Part shown: one piece after another, positions 41,063 to 57,173 of the stretch
How positions within the stretch are numbered: the first letter of the stretch is position 1
How the letters are laid out: the number at the start of each line of letters is the position of its first letter
Source of the DNA: the human T2T-CHM13v2.0 reference genome, Homo sapiens
Length of the DNA stretch: 64,000 nucleotides
NCBI RefSeq assembly: GCF_009914755.1
Contig: NC_060945.1
Direction: 5' to 3' (one strand)
The notes under the pieces: model-generated
Told to the model about the DNA's origin: nothing
What the model saw: the letters and a program-made list of their open reading frames with translations, nothing else
The model's database searches: none
Position numbers and translations under genes: made by a program

Positions 41063-41747
41063 TAGCTTGAATTAGAAAACATACTGGTTCTTTGTCCTTG
41101 AGCAGCTGAACCAAGTGTGGCACCACACTGCAGCCAACTGCATGCTGTACACCGAGGCTGCAGACAGACTGCTCAGTACCTAGATCTAATGAGTCAATGT
41201 GGTAAAAACGTTAAAACTGTTCAGGGGGTCTGGGTTAAAACCTCATTTCACTGCTGTGACCTTAGACAGGTTCTGGTCACTCTGTCTCCCTGTGCTTTCG
41301 TGTCTTCATCTGAGCAACAGGGACATACAGCAGGGCCTACCCTTGCAGGGCTGCCGAAAGGATGAAATACGATACAGACATAAGACACAAACCTCAATGC
41401 CTGACCAACAACAAGGCTCTGAGCTCTATCTGCAAACCAAGAGACAGCACCCCCATACTGTCATCCCTGGAAAGGCCAGAGCACATGGCACCCAACACTC
41501 AAGTCTTCAGAGAGACACAGTGCTCGCATAAAGATGGGCACGTTTCTAACAGATACTAAAATTCAATCTATGATTCCTTTCCAATTCTTCTCCCTAAGCA
41601 AAAAAGGATATAGACACATTCACAGCCAGAGGTGCCTTGAAACAAAAACTGCTCCAGGACTCTCTGGATAGGAGCTATCCTAGGCTGCCAGTGTCAGCTC
41701 TGTCCCATGCAAAAGGCAGAGGGTCCCCCTCACCCCTGAGACCTTAC

Positions 41748-41877
41748 CGCACTGGTGAGCATCGCAGGCAGCCGGGGGCCCATCGCTCCTTTTCTGCCCT
41801 TTCTTGTCATCCTGTTTGGTCTCTTGCTTTTTAAGTGACTGCCAGACCCACACGACAGTGTTCAGGTCTGGCAAAAT
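41748..41877 (-). CDS. URB1: URB1 exon (window exon 9; ILPDLNTVVWVWQSLKKQETK...DAHQC)
   Basis: TTTAG|ATT acceptor, GCG|GTAAG donor, 130 nt. Confidence 0.92.
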
Positions 41878-42067
41878 CTAAATGGGAAAAAGAAGCAGAA
41901 CATTAGTTGTAGTCAACCACAAAGGGAGACAAATGAACTGAACACATTAACAAGATACAAAAAACAGGGAGGGGGGTGCGAGTCTAGAGGAGTGCGTGTA
42001 AGAAGGAGAGGGAAGAGTGGTGAGAAAACAGGCCCAAATCCACATAAGCTCTGCTCTGCAGTATAAT

Positions 42068-42362
42068 TTTTTTTTTTTTGAGATGGAGTCTCACTCTGTC
42101 GCCCAGGCTGGAGTGCAGTGGGGTGACCTCAGCTCACTGCAACCTCCGCCTCCCAGGTTCAAGTGATTCTCGTGCGTCAGCCACCTGAGTAGCTGGAACT
42201 ACAGGCACCCACCATCACATCCAGCTAATTTTTTGTATTTTTAGTAGAAGCAGGGTTTCACCATGTTGGCCAGGCTGGTCCTTGAACTCCTGACCTCAGG
42301 TGATCCACCCATCTCAGCCTCCCAAAGTGCTGGGATTACAGGTGTGAGCCACCGCGCCCAAC
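42068..42362 (-). mobile_element. Alu (S-like)
   Basis: Reverse Alu; TSD tctgcagtataattt. Confidence 0.92.
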
Positions 42363-43011
42363 CATGTTCTGCAGTATAATTTCTAGAACTATACACAGTA
42401 AGGATTTGGTGAACAGGCAAGTGCTGATCATTAAAACGAACCCCTTAAACCTCATTCACCTAAGCAAAAGACACAGGGAACAAAGAAAGACTTTCTCAGG
42501 AGCAGCTCAGGGAAAGCTGCCCTGTGTAACTGGGGCTCTCAGAGCAGCCGGTCAGTTTACAGAAGCCTGGTCTTCAGCCATAGGAAGCAAGAGGGGCTTC
42601 CTGAGCCACTGCATCCCTTCTCACTGGGCCACAGTGTGGTCTATGTGTGTGCCTGCAGCCATGGGTGAGGGGTAAGGACACAATCTACCCCTCGACAACA
42701 TCACCACGGCTCCTGATTGAACATGAGGTCCCCACCAGAGACAGAACCCCTGTGAGAGAACACATGTATCGTCTAAATTCTTACTCTGCACAAGGACTTT
42801 GGGATCATGCTCTGTGACATCACTGCCTACAATCACAAGTGGCAGGTCTTCTCAGCTGACCCTCAGCACCCACGCTACCACACTGCCCACCGGCCTGTCC
42901 AACCCTGCGGCTCCAAGGACACATCACTTGGCTTCCACCCTAGGGCTGCAGAATGGCCTTTTCCACCTGGTGAGGTCTGGAAGGAAAGCCCAAACCCAGA
43001 TCAGAGCCTAC

Positions 43012-43185
43012 CTTGCTCAGGGCTTCTCTGAAGAGCTGCACGAATTCTTCCATCATCACAGCTGTGTACACGCCTGATTCCTGCCACACCTCTTTATTCA
43101 GGCAGTGGTCAACAGTTTTTAATGCCCTCTTCAAAATGACAGAAATAAGGGATAAGGCTGTGTGCCTCACTGAGGTGCTGTCCAA
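43012..43185 (-). CDS. URB1: URB1 exon (window exon 8; LDSTSVRHTALSLISVILKR...LFREALSK)
   Basis: CCCAG|TTG acceptor, AAG|GTAGG donor, 174 nt. Confidence 0.93.
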
Positions 43186-43524
43186 CTGGGAAGAAAAAGA
43201 GTTAAATGCACACATGTCTCTAGGATACACAGATTTGCTAAGCTATGGGCTTGGCTGGCATTTGCCCCTCCTCAGGTCACTCACAGGGAAAGCTGCATGA
43301 AACTGCTGGTCTCTACGCTCTGAGAAGAGGCGACCTGGGTACCTCGCCCTCCTGACATCCTCTGGGTCTGACTTCAGCAATTGCCAGGAAATGACCACTA
43401 ATGGTGGCATCCAGCAGTAGTTTCATTTTTATCATCTGCTCTTTGGTAAGCCTTGAGACAACCACTCAGCTACCATGAAAGTTCTCCATTAACAACAGAT
43501 CTCACCAGAACCCACTCTGCCACT

Positions 43525-43860
43525 ATTTTTTTTTTGAGTCAGGGTCTCACTCTGTCGCCCAGGCTGGAGTGCAATGGTGCGATCATAGCTCACCGCAGCC
43601 TCAAGCTCCTGGGCTCAGGCAATCCTCCCGCCTCATCCTCCCAAGTAGCCAGGACTACAGGCACCTACTGCTTCTGGCTTTCTTTTTTTTTTTAAGAGAT
43701 GAGACTTAGTATGTTGCCCAGGCCGGCCTCAACCTTCTGGCCTCAAGCCAATCCTCCTGCCTCAGCCTCCCAAAGCACTGGGATTATGAGTGTGAACCAC
43801 TGTGCCTAGCCTTTTTTTTTTTCCTTTTGTAGAGGCAGGGTCTTGCTATGTTGCCCAGGA
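43525..43860 (-). mobile_element. AluJ-like element with an extra partial left-arm segment
   Basis: Reverse Alu arms separated by T runs; flanking (t/c)tct(g/a)ccactatt duplication. Confidence 0.85.
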
Positions 43861-44967
43861 TTCTACCACTATTAAAAGCATTAGCATCAGGTGGAGGAAT
43901 GGCCAAAAAAAAATGCATCAGGTACTTTAGTATGAAAATCCACCTCCAAGCTCAGTGAGCAAGCAACCCACATCACAGGCCTGTGACATCCAGAGCTCTT
44001 GACTTCCAGTCAGAATGACACCTGGGAGAGTCACTCACTGCAGAGACTGAGTAGGGTTCAAGAACCTGTGCTACTACCAACAGTAGGAAAACAGTCCCTG
44101 CCCCTGCTAGTCACAGTGTGTTCTGGGGCCAGGAGGATCATATGATGGCATCTCCCGGAGCTCAGGAGAAATGTAGAAGCCCAGGCCCCGGCCCACACAA
44201 CTCAAGCAGAATCTGCATTTCACATAATCCCCAGGAGAGCCCTCCGACACTGAGATCTGAAAAGCCCTGGCTGGGACACTGCAGACTGACAGTGCGGTAG
44301 AAACAAAGAGCTTTTCTGGTTTACTTTCAGCTCAATAACCACGACACCCCAGAGCCCCAGCATTCCAGTCAGCTGCGGCTTCACTCTGTGTACACTGCAC
44401 ACTAAATCAGGACTACAGGAACTATCCTAAGCCAAGAATGGCCAGCCCCACAATCGCTTCAAAGGCAGGCCCCACACAAGCGTGCACACCACACCCAAGG
44501 GGCTGGGAGCACAAAGCTCAACCAACAGCCTGAGGCCCTGCTTCCAAACGCTTTCTTATTTCCTGTTTCTAAAATAGGCTAAAGCTTCTCCTCCTGACTC
44601 TAAAATGTATGCTTTAAAAGTTTTTTAGACAAAACCATAAGAAATAAAACAAAAAAAAACAAACATCATCCAACTCCAGTCCCTGGATGCACTCACATCA
44701 CTGGGTCTCACTTACATAAAAACACAGTCTTGGCTCTCGGAAAGGGCACCTGTGGAGGGAAGGCAAGGCTGGGCTCAGTGGCCCTGGCCCTGGCCCTGCA
44801 GGGCATGGCAATAGCCAACAGCGGGAGAGGAGGCTGTGTCCTCTGAGACTCCTTCCTTGGAGCCACTCCGTGCAGGAGCTAGTACACCCCTCTAGGGGCA
44901 CAACCCTTTGTCCTGAAACAACACTGTGAGAGGAGGAGGAGACAGGCTTTTCTCTCCCAGACTACTA

Positions 44968-45355
<388 letters not shown>

Positions 45356-46473
45356 AGGAGGTTCATCAAACTAATCCTTTCAATCTGGTTTTCCTGCAAG
45401 CCCTCTGAGAAATGCAAATGTCTCCCACATTAATTAAAACAGCTGGGCAAGCTAGCTGGGTGCTAATTTTGCATACGATGATTTGACAAACACAACACAA
45501 AACCTTTCTGCCTACTCCCACACAGGCCTCCTCTCTACTCCTCACCCCATCATCACCCATGCTCAGCACAAACCCTGGAGGGGTATCAAAAAATGGTGAA
45601 TCTCACCATGTGGTCTCAGGAGTCCACCCCACTTTACAGTGACTGTGCGCATTACCACAGGGCCAACTGAGGCCTGTGCAACCCCTCACAGCCAACCTGT
45701 TCCTACTGAAGCCACACAACAACTCAGCCTGCCTGGAAGGACGAAGACACCCTTCTGAATACCTGTCCTCCCCCAGGTACCTCAGGCAACTTGGGGTTAG
45801 GAGGCACTGGCAGGGCCCAGGACCCACGTGTGCCAACAACCCACAGCCATTCACCTAGGCCCATGATGCTGCGGTGAAAGACATGTGAACCCCCCAGAAT
45901 GTGGCTTCTGATGGGACATGGGGACCTTTATGATAAATAATGATGTAAAATTTAAGTATCAATTTCTTCCATGAACATGTCCTCCAAAAATGCCTGAAAA
46001 CAGCTGGCCTTCAAAGTATATGTTTGCCAGGCATCTTAACACCATTCATCTAAACCATAAAAGAAAGAATTTGCTAGGCAAATTTCAGTCCTACCATGTC
46101 TGGAAATTCTAAACTAATGAGATTTTAATGATAAACTTTCTTTCTTCTGATTTAGACATTCTTTCATCCTCAGGCAGGACTAGAAAGGCTTGGAGGGATG
46201 CAGGGGTCCCTGCTGTGTGATGGAGCAGGGCCAAGGACATGAAGTCCGTTGTCCCTATAAGCAAAGTCTCTTTGCTCCAAGGTCCTTACCCAGGTGCGTG
46301 GACCTGTCACTTATGGGCTATTTCAAACTACAGCCTCTGTCCTGGAAGCCTCCGAGGCCCCCTGACAAAACACAATCAAACACATCCAGGCCAGTTCTCA
46401 GAATAATTACATCATGTAGCCAGCGAGTTTAGCTGGAGGCAGTTCCAGAAGTGGGGCAACCACATGCCCTTAC

Positions 46474-46611
46474 GTTTAATGCTTGGGTGAACATGCTCTT
46501 ATTGCACACCAGGGGCACGGTGGTCACCATCACCATTGCCAGGAGCCGAGGCAAGGGTATAAACTCTCTGGTCTGAAATGCCCGGGAAATCTCCGGCTGA
46601 GCCTCATAGAT
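46474..46611 (-). CDS. URB1: URB1 exon (window exon 7; IYEAQPEISRAFQTREFIPLPRLLAMVMVTTVPLVCNKSMFTQALN)
   Basis: CCTAG|ATC acceptor, AAC|GTAAG donor, 138 nt. Confidence 0.93.
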
Positions 46612-47904
46612 CTAGGAAAAGCAAAAAAGAGATTTAGGTGGTGCTAGAAGTAAGTTTCAAACCTGAGACTAGCTGTAGGCACCCAAAGGTGAAGCCATTC
46701 AATCAAATAATTATAGCGGTAAAGGTCCGAGACTCCCCACAAGGCAGAGTGGAAGATTAACCCTCAAATCTACTTGTCAAAGACAAATCAGGTCAGGAGA
46801 CTGGCTGTTAACAGAGAAAGGACCTTCAGAGCAGAACTTGACCTGTGGTCTGCAGAGTCTCTTAAAACCTCTGATGGCAAATAAATCACTGCCAGAACTA
46901 CGAATGGTACTACTTACCAGTTCCTGCTGCACTTGACAGGCACCTGACAAATGATGTCAGGAAGGGATGTCAAGAAGCCATCTTCTCAAAGCTTCCTCAC
47001 AACGCTTTGGGATAGGCACACTTTACATTAAAACAAAAATATATTCACAGATGACAAAATTGGACCTCAGTGAGGTTAGGTAATTTCCTTAAGGCCACAT
47101 AGCTAGTAAGCAGCCAAGTAAGGACTCAACACTGGGCCTGCAAAAACCACACACTCACCCCTCCCCTATCCTACAAATCAGATGTTTCATCAGATGCAGC
47201 TCCTAGTAGGGGTGCTGGCCCCAGGACTGTCTGTACCAAAACAAGGGGTGGAGTACATCCTCCTCATCCCAAGGGTAAATGTGGAGACTGTGCGCATAGG
47301 CACTCAAGCAGAATAAAAGCTGGTTTTATAGATAATGCCAGGCCCAGGTAGAGGCACAAGAAACAATCCCAGGTATTTTACCACTAGGCAAACCATGAAT
47401 CAGTGACAGAGAGTTCAAACAAGTCAGGCATTACTGCCAAAGAACTAACAGTAGGTACCTCTACTTGTAAAATGGGCAGATGCTGACACTATGATCAAAA
47501 GGAAGGTAACGCACATCCACTTAAACCAGCAGACCAACGTTCCACAGCTTATTTCAAGTTGTTCTAATTGAAGCAGCAACCTTTAAAAACTATCCTACAA
47601 GTCAGACATTTCATTTTATTTTACTTTTTATGAGCCCAGATGGAGAAGAGATAATCGGGCAACTCATCAATCCCAGTCTAACTGTGCTGAGACTCAACAA
47701 GATTTCACTCTAAGCAAAATCTTGATGAACAGGATAAATTGGCTCAAAAGATTCTAAATAAACCTCAAATTCAGCTCAGTGAAAGGCAAAATGCTATAGA
47801 AGATAAGGACACCAAATTTACATGGTCTAAAATATCCCTTTTTATCCCTGAAAGGTCTTCATATTGTATAGTTTACCAGATGAGAATGTCTGCCTGTCCC
47901 CTAA

Positions 47905-48217
<313 letters not shown>

Positions 48218-48251
48218 TAGCTAACAGACTTTTAAATATCATGTTTTTTAC

Positions 48252-48447
48252 CTTGTTTAGTAGTTTGATATTATTTAACCAAGTAGACTTCGCTCGTGGG
48301 ATAAAGGAAAACGTTACTTCCTTGAAGTATTTGTTCAGTAAGTCCGGGCACACTTTGAGGATGTTTACCACAAGGTCAGCCACCAGATCATCATCAGCTG
48401 CAGTTTTCAAACCCAGCAAGAAGTGCAAGAGTGTCAGGTTTCCGCCT
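48252..48447 (-). CDS. URB1: URB1 exon (window exon 6; (R)GGNLTLLHFLLGLK...NNIKLLNK)
   Basis: AACAG|AGG acceptor, AAG|GTAAA donor, 196 nt; within ORF 48150..48464. Confidence 0.93.
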
Positions 48448-48793
48448 CTGTTAGAGAAAGACACATGGGGAGAGGTCAGCAGAAAATGGTCAAAGCACCC
48501 TGAGAGCTCATGGTGACGTGCAGCTCTGCAGAATTGCCCTCAGTGAACACAGCAATAACAACGTAGGGAATTTCCCCCAGGACGTAAAGTGGGGGTTCCG
48601 TGGCCTGGGGGTTCCAGCTCTCCACAGAGGGCTTCCCTCTCATCCTCTACTTCTGAGTGGCTGAAAAAGTCTCTGATTGTCCTGCGATATTTCTTCTTTC
48701 CTACTTCCCTCCCTTGAGTTCAATTTGCTTTCTAAAGAAAAGGAAGAAAACCATTTTCTCTCACTCTACCTCAGCCACCTACCAGTCTGCCTA

Positions 48794-49225
<432 letters not shown>

Positions 49226-49275
49226 AGCACTATGTAAATACATATGTGAGTGTGAGTGTAAAAAAATGCAGATAA

Positions 49276-49848
<573 letters not shown>

Positions 49849-50541
49849 GTAAGAAGCAGGAAAGTCTGCAGAGACTAAAACTTGCATAAAGGGAGTAAAA
49901 CCCCAGGATCCACACAGCCAAAGCCCCAGGACACTAGGCTTCACCTGCCTCAAAGTCTTTTTAGAAAATATGCCCTTTCCTATCTGCTTGACCCTGTGAA
50001 GTCAAAACATCCAGAAAATCCTCAGACTCTGCCTCATGTGCACGACACAGTGATGGTTTCTAGGGTCCCCGGTGTCTCACATCCCCCTTATAAATTGAGT
50101 AAAACTACAATGCTATATGAGAGCTTTACATATAGTAAAAAAAGTTTTTTAAAAACCAAATTAGAAAGTATAATTTTGATCAGAAAAACTATCCTTTAAA
50201 AAAGGACATGAAAATATCCTTTCCTAATATGAAAATGTCATGAACAAAATAGTTTGTACTGTCAAATGAAAAGGATATTAAATCTACAAAGAGTGCTAAA
50301 AATACTACACATGCTTTATTTTAATCAACAACGTAATAAAATGGAGAGCATTAATATTTATGTAGTGCACAACACATGCCAGACACTGCTCTAAGCAGTT
50401 ACCACCACGTCTCTGCGACAGGCACTACTTTTATTCCCACTTTATAGACAAGATAATGGAGGCAGAGAGGATGCCTAACCCAGTGAAGGTCTCAGAGCTA
50501 AGTTGGGATTGAAGCCCAGCTGTCTGCTCTGTTAACCTATA

Positions 50542-50722
50542 CCAGGGACTGGCAAAGTAGGGCCCAGCACCTATCAATGTAATTTGATTGGGACACAGGT
50601 AAACCTACTTATTTACATCTATGGATGCTTTGCTGGCACAACTCAGTGGTCACAACAGACTGTGTAGGCTGCCAAGCCCAAAATACAATCTGGCCCTTTG
50701 TAGAAAAGTTTGCCAATCCTTG
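50542..50722. mobile_element. MER58A-like hAT fossil, with a MIR upstream and L2 downstream
   Basis: cagggactggcaaa...ctggccctttgtagaaaagtttgccaatcc termini. Confidence 0.7.
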
Positions 50723-52357
50723 CTCTATGCTCTAACACCAGCTTTCAGTGAACACCTACTATGTGCCAGGCACTGTCCTAGGGACTGGAGGCCCATAATA
50801 GACCGGCGCCCGTTCTCACCACTTCTCACCAATCTGATAATGAACAAGCAAATAAATAAATCAGCAAATAAATGTATGAACAGTCAGAAGCCTAAGCCAG
50901 GCAAAAAGCACAGTGACAGTGGAGGGACTATTTCAGAAAGGGCTGTCCGGGAAGGCCTCCCTGAAGTGGTGAGGTCTGCACAGGAACCTGAATGAAATGA
51001 ATGAGTGGGCCACGTGTCTACTGGGGAACAGGGAACGATGCAATTCAGTGTTCTCAAAGCTTTCTATCACCATCCACAAACAAATCTCCTTCCTTTCCCT
51101 TATGCACAAACACTTGTCTTTTGCCCATGGCTTCAAAATTCACATAAATCACAGCTTGCTGCAAAGAGACACACACCCACAAGTTGATTCAATATGCTCA
51201 TTAAATGCTCATCTATTTCATGGGCCTCGTTATGGAGGAAAAATGCTTTAAAAAGGGGGAACAATGCATGTGTTTTAAGCATGGTGTAATATTCTATTCG
51301 ACTATAAAAGTCTGCTGTTATGTTTTGGCAGGAAAATGAGCTCATTCTTACTGATGAAAGAAAAAAGAAATGATGTGACAAGTTAAATCACAGTGACCTC
51401 AGAATCAAAACACGTCCAAAGTCATAAGCAGACAGAAAAACTCCCACCATGTTATTCCATTCTGAAGGAATCACCTGATTTCCTGACTGGCTGAAATTAG
51501 AAGTAAATCAAACTGCCTAAATCCTTGTGATATAATGCTAGGATAGAATAACAAGGATTAAACAATAAATCATTTACACATTTACAATGACAAGAAAACA
51601 TGGCCAATATTTTTATTGTCAAGTGGGAAAAAAGCAGATAGGATGAACAGTAGTAAGCCATTTTTGTTATTAAAAAAAAAATCACATGGACCTGTATTAT
51701 ACGATTACAAAAAGAAAGTCTTAAAGAATATGATCAAAACCAGTAGATTTGAACTTAATATGTTTCCTTACTGATGAAATGTTACCACAATTGTGAAATG
51801 TGAAACAAAATGTTAAAAAAAAAAACAATTTTGAAATCGTGACTCATGGGCAGCCTGTCAAGGAGAGGGAGGACTGTTTTAGTATCAGTTTGGAGCTGGA
51901 CTTCCTGGATTCCAGTGCAACCTCTGCCATTTAACCAGTGTAAGTGTCTCGACCTCTCTAGAACTACTTTCTTCCTCTGCAAAGCTGGCATAACAATGGT
52001 ACCTGCGTCAGGACTGCTGTGAGGCCCATGTCAGGGCCAACCCTCTCTGGCAAGGCAGACGCCTTTTCTGAGCTCCAGCTGACGAACACTGTCTTTAGGT
52101 AAACATCCGCAGCACCTCCCTGGGTGAAATATCCCATGACCTAACTAAGTGCTAATAGACAGCTACCCTCAGAACTGCCCCTGAGGACATGCAACAAGGA
52201 GAAGTTCTCTGGGACTACAACTGTTCAACCCTGAAACGAGTTAGATAATGTCCACAATTCTAGTTCTAACCTACTACAGTTCCACTAGACACTCACATAT
52301 GTGGTGACTTCTGAGGAACATACACACCCTGGGGTCCACAAGAGTGTTATACTTTAC

Positions 52358-52482
52358 CTGCCAAAGGTACCCAAAGATGCATCGTAAAAATTAATTCCAT
52401 GCTTGAGTGAACAGCAAAGATCCATCAGGAAGTTATGAACAAGCTCCCGCACCATGGTTTTCCCTGCTTCTTCGGCAGAAAC
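52358..52482 (-). CDS. URB1: URB1 exon (window exon 5; VSAEEAGKTMVRELVHNFLMDLCCSLKHGINFYDASLGTFG)
   Basis: CATAG|GTT acceptor, CAG|GTAAA donor, 125 nt. Confidence 0.93.
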
Positions 52483-53497
52483 CTATGAAGATTTTTTAAA
52501 AATTCAATGAAAATCCCAAGCTCATACACTTTAGTAAGAGCTAGAGTAAAAACAAGGACAATATTAACTGCCGATGACAATTTAGAAAACATTTTAAATA
52601 CTTGGTGTCATTCCAAACAATAAATGAAAACAACAACAAAAAGATACACCGATCAAGATAAAAGAATACTCTGAAGAGGGGCAAGTTTAAACCTGTATTT
52701 TTAAAAGCTTTAAAGTGATCTAATTTCTCTTGTTCATTTGAATAAAATTCCATATTTGGGAGTGTTTTTATGCAGCCTCTGAGGCTTGCTGGTCTAGAGC
52801 ATACAAAAACATGTTCAAAACAAGAGGACCTGGGCAAGTCTCCAAGATAAAAGGAGGTGAAATATTAGGCTCTTGAGAGGTGAATTATTATAACGTTAAC
52901 AGGAAGTCTGTGCCTTTACTACTCTGGCCAAGTCCATGTTCAGTAACACCCTGAAGAAAATTAAAATATACACTGGCATTGGGTCGATGTTAAGAGCAGC
53001 TGTTTCAATTTAGCACGAGTTAACTAGCACAAAATAAATTATATATGTCAGTAGGTGAGGCTCCTAGACATTCAGGATCCTGAGGTTAAAAACAAACAAA
53101 CAAACAAAAAACACACAACAAGCCTTGAAACTCCAACAACTGGACATGAAAGAATGGAAGGATGGGAAGGCAGAGGTAAAGCAAGAGGAAAAGATGGCCG
53201 GGATGACCCTGCAGGTCTAACAGGCAAGTGCTGCAGGGAAAACTAAGATATGGCTCAGCCCAAGGAAATCATAGTTTTCTAATTAAAAAAAAAAATTATT
53301 AGCATGATTAAGAAATTAGGGGAAAAAAATCCTATTGCAGTTAGCAGAGGGTTAATACAACCATATAACCACAGTCAAAAGAAACAGATCAAATGAGGGG
53401 ACTTCAAGTCTGGTGCGGTGTTGAGAATTCTCCCTCTCCCAACCCTGAGGATCAAATTCCAACAACGAGGTCAACGAAAACCAAAAAGTGTCTGCAC

Positions 53498-53623
53498 CTT
53501 GACATTTTCTGGGTTCACATCGGTAATCCCATTCCAGTTGTACAGCGATGCTATGTGGTTCAATAACTGCCCCGTAAAGAAACGCACCTTCTGGGTTTTT
53601 GTGATATTTTTATTGTGAACTAC
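53498..53623 (-). CDS. URB1: URB1 exon (window exon 4; VVHNKNITKTQKVRFFTGQLLNHIASLYNWNGITDVNPENVK)
   Basis: TTTCAG|GTA acceptor, AAG|GTGCAG donor, 126 nt. Confidence 0.9.
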
Positions 53624-54488
53624 CTGAAACAATAATAAAACAAATTATTAAAAAACAAATTATGAAAAAGTTCATGGAATTCAATTATTTTTTAAATGGT
53701 GCTTACTGTTTTCTCATCATTATAAAAATAATGCTTGCTAGTGGCAGAAAATTTGGTTTAAAAAAAGGAAAAACATAAAGGGAAATTCACCAATATTCCC
53801 AACCATCCTAGGATATCGTTACTATTTTGATATATTTCCTTTCAGTCACCACCCACACCCACACAATATACATGTGTATGTATTCATTATTTTTTGCCTG
53901 AGATTTTATTTATATATGATTACTTATGAAGCATAAGCCTTTTCCACGTCATTAAACATCCCTTTAGAACATTTTGGGGGGCTAAATACCATTCTATCCT
54001 ATGAGTGGACCACAACTTATCTAACCATTCCCCTGGTGTTTACAATTAGTTGTTTCTAAATTCTGGCTATTCTCCATAAAGCTGTGATTAGCATCCTTGA
54101 ACATAGTCTTCATTGCATCTGACTTTGGACTTGACACTGGTTCCTGCAAGTAGAATTGTGGCACAAATTCTCAGCTCCACCCAAACCTAACCCCAGAATC
54201 CCTATGGGTGTGGCCCAGGTATATATATTTCAGATACATTCCCCTAGAGGTTCTGATGCAACTCCCCCAGTTCAGAACAACCATACGTCACGGTCCATGA
54301 ACATATTTAAGACCTCTGACACATCCTGTCAGAACTGTTATCTTCCACAGGGGATACAACACTTCCTCCTCAAGAAAGTATCTGATTCAAAGCATCCTTG
54401 CTAGCACTGAACACCATTGTTTTTAAAAGTCAATGCTATTTTAGTAGGCAAAAAAATCTGTATGTCATTATTTGCTTTACTTTAAATT

Positions 54489-54695
54489 AGGGTTTCTCAA
54501 CCTCAGCTCTATTGACACTTGGGGCCAGGTAATTGTTATGGGGGCCATCCTGGGCATTACAGGATGTTCGGCAGCATCCCTGCTGTCTCCCCACTAGGCA
54601 CCAGTTGTACCTCCCCAGTTGTGACAATGCAAAATGTCTTCAGAGATTGACAAATGTCCCGTAGAAGGCAAAATTGCCCCCATTTGAGAATCACT
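54489..54695. mobile_element. MER20-like hAT fossil
   Basis: tagggtttctcaacctcagc...gttgtgacaa...tttgagaatcact. Confidence 0.8.
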
Positions 54696-55248
54696 CTTTA
54701 AAATACTTCGAAAATAAAGTCCTTTCATGCTTATTAGCCATTTTCATGTGGACTCTGGACAACTTGTCATGTTGGGAGGGTCATAGTTTTTCTTACTGAT
54801 GATTTAAAGTGTTTCTGTATTAAAGGCAGTGATCTTTTTAGCAAGTTTTAAAATATCAATAAGATGCTTGCAAAAGGCAGAATATGGAACATGACACAGA
54901 ACAACATTTTGCTAGATATGTGAATGAAGTATTATTTATAATTTACAGCTCACAATGATTACTTTGGGTTGCTGTGAAATGTTGACCAGCAGCTTTTCTG
55001 CTGCTGTAATAAAACAGCAGCCATGTCTGGACATCACTGGCTGCTTCAGCTATTCTTTAACCTTCTAGTCCCAGGATATGCTCATCAACAAGAACAAGTT
55101 TCTGCTTAGGGAAGAGTTTTCCACTCAACCAATACAACAATCTATGTAAGATAAGATGTTGTAGCTCTACAGTCCTGTAAAACACCGGAGAATATCTCCA
55201 TTCCCAAGGGAAAACAGACAACAGAAACGCGGATCACCAAGCACATAC

Positions 55249-55334
55249 CTTTGTTTTCAGTGTGGATAATAAAATATTGATGGTAGAGATCCTATCTTCC
55301 TTTATCCCTGAGCTAAAAATGCAAGGAATAAATT
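55249..55334 (-). CDS. URB1: URB1 exon (window exon 3; EFIPCIFSSGIKEDRISTINILLSTLKTK)
   Basis: TTTCAG|AAT acceptor, AAG|GTATG donor, 86 nt. Confidence 0.93.
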
Positions 55335-55464
55335 CTGAAAGTAAAAGTTTCAAAGCATTAAATTCAAAAATATTTTGAAAATGAGAATAGACGAGAGAAT
55401 ATTACTGTTTAGGTGGTACAGCAAACAATGCCATTTACTTTTTCAAGTTTTTTTTTTTTAACTA

Positions 55465-56825
<1,361 letters not shown>

Positions 56826-57037
56826 TAATCGCTGCATTCCATCTTATGACCAGTCCCCAATTTGCTCAGCCAATCCCTTACTGGTGGATAGTTAGAAGAC
56901 CCATTTCCAGCTAATATAAATATTATTCCCTAACAAAACCTCTACTCACATCTTTAATTATTTCACTGGGATAAATGACTAGACATGGAATTGCAGGATC
57001 AAGTATCTTAAAAGTTTTTTTATCTTTTTTCTTTATC

Positions 57038-57173
57038 TATTGTGCAACCCACTTCAGTGCCAGCAGCCTACGGGCACAGAGGCCAGGCAATGGTTCAGGG
57101 CTACAGTTTGCTCTGGCATGGGGTACTATGAGAGGTCCAGGGGGACGGGCCCATCATAAATCCAAACCCATGC
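57038..57173 (-). ncRNA. SNORA80A: H/ACA box snoRNA SNORA80A (ACA67)
   Basis: 136 nt with two hairpins (first closed by GCAUGGG/CCCAUGC), H box AGAGCA (57109-57114) and ACA 3 nt from the 3' end; pocket sequences GGAUUU..AGU and GAACCAU..CUGA are complementary to 18S rRNA; intronic and sense to URB1. Confidence 0.95.

Noticed and set aside
40686-41126. 146-aa ORF with FFLS repeats and the opposite-strand KKER-repeat ORF
   Set aside because: These are read-throughs of the (TTTC)n microsatellite into a real URB1 exon
52978-53010. TGGGTCGATG start resembling SNORD115/116 5' ends
   Set aside because: No C box (RTGATGA), antisense to the host gene, and no terminal stem or D box found
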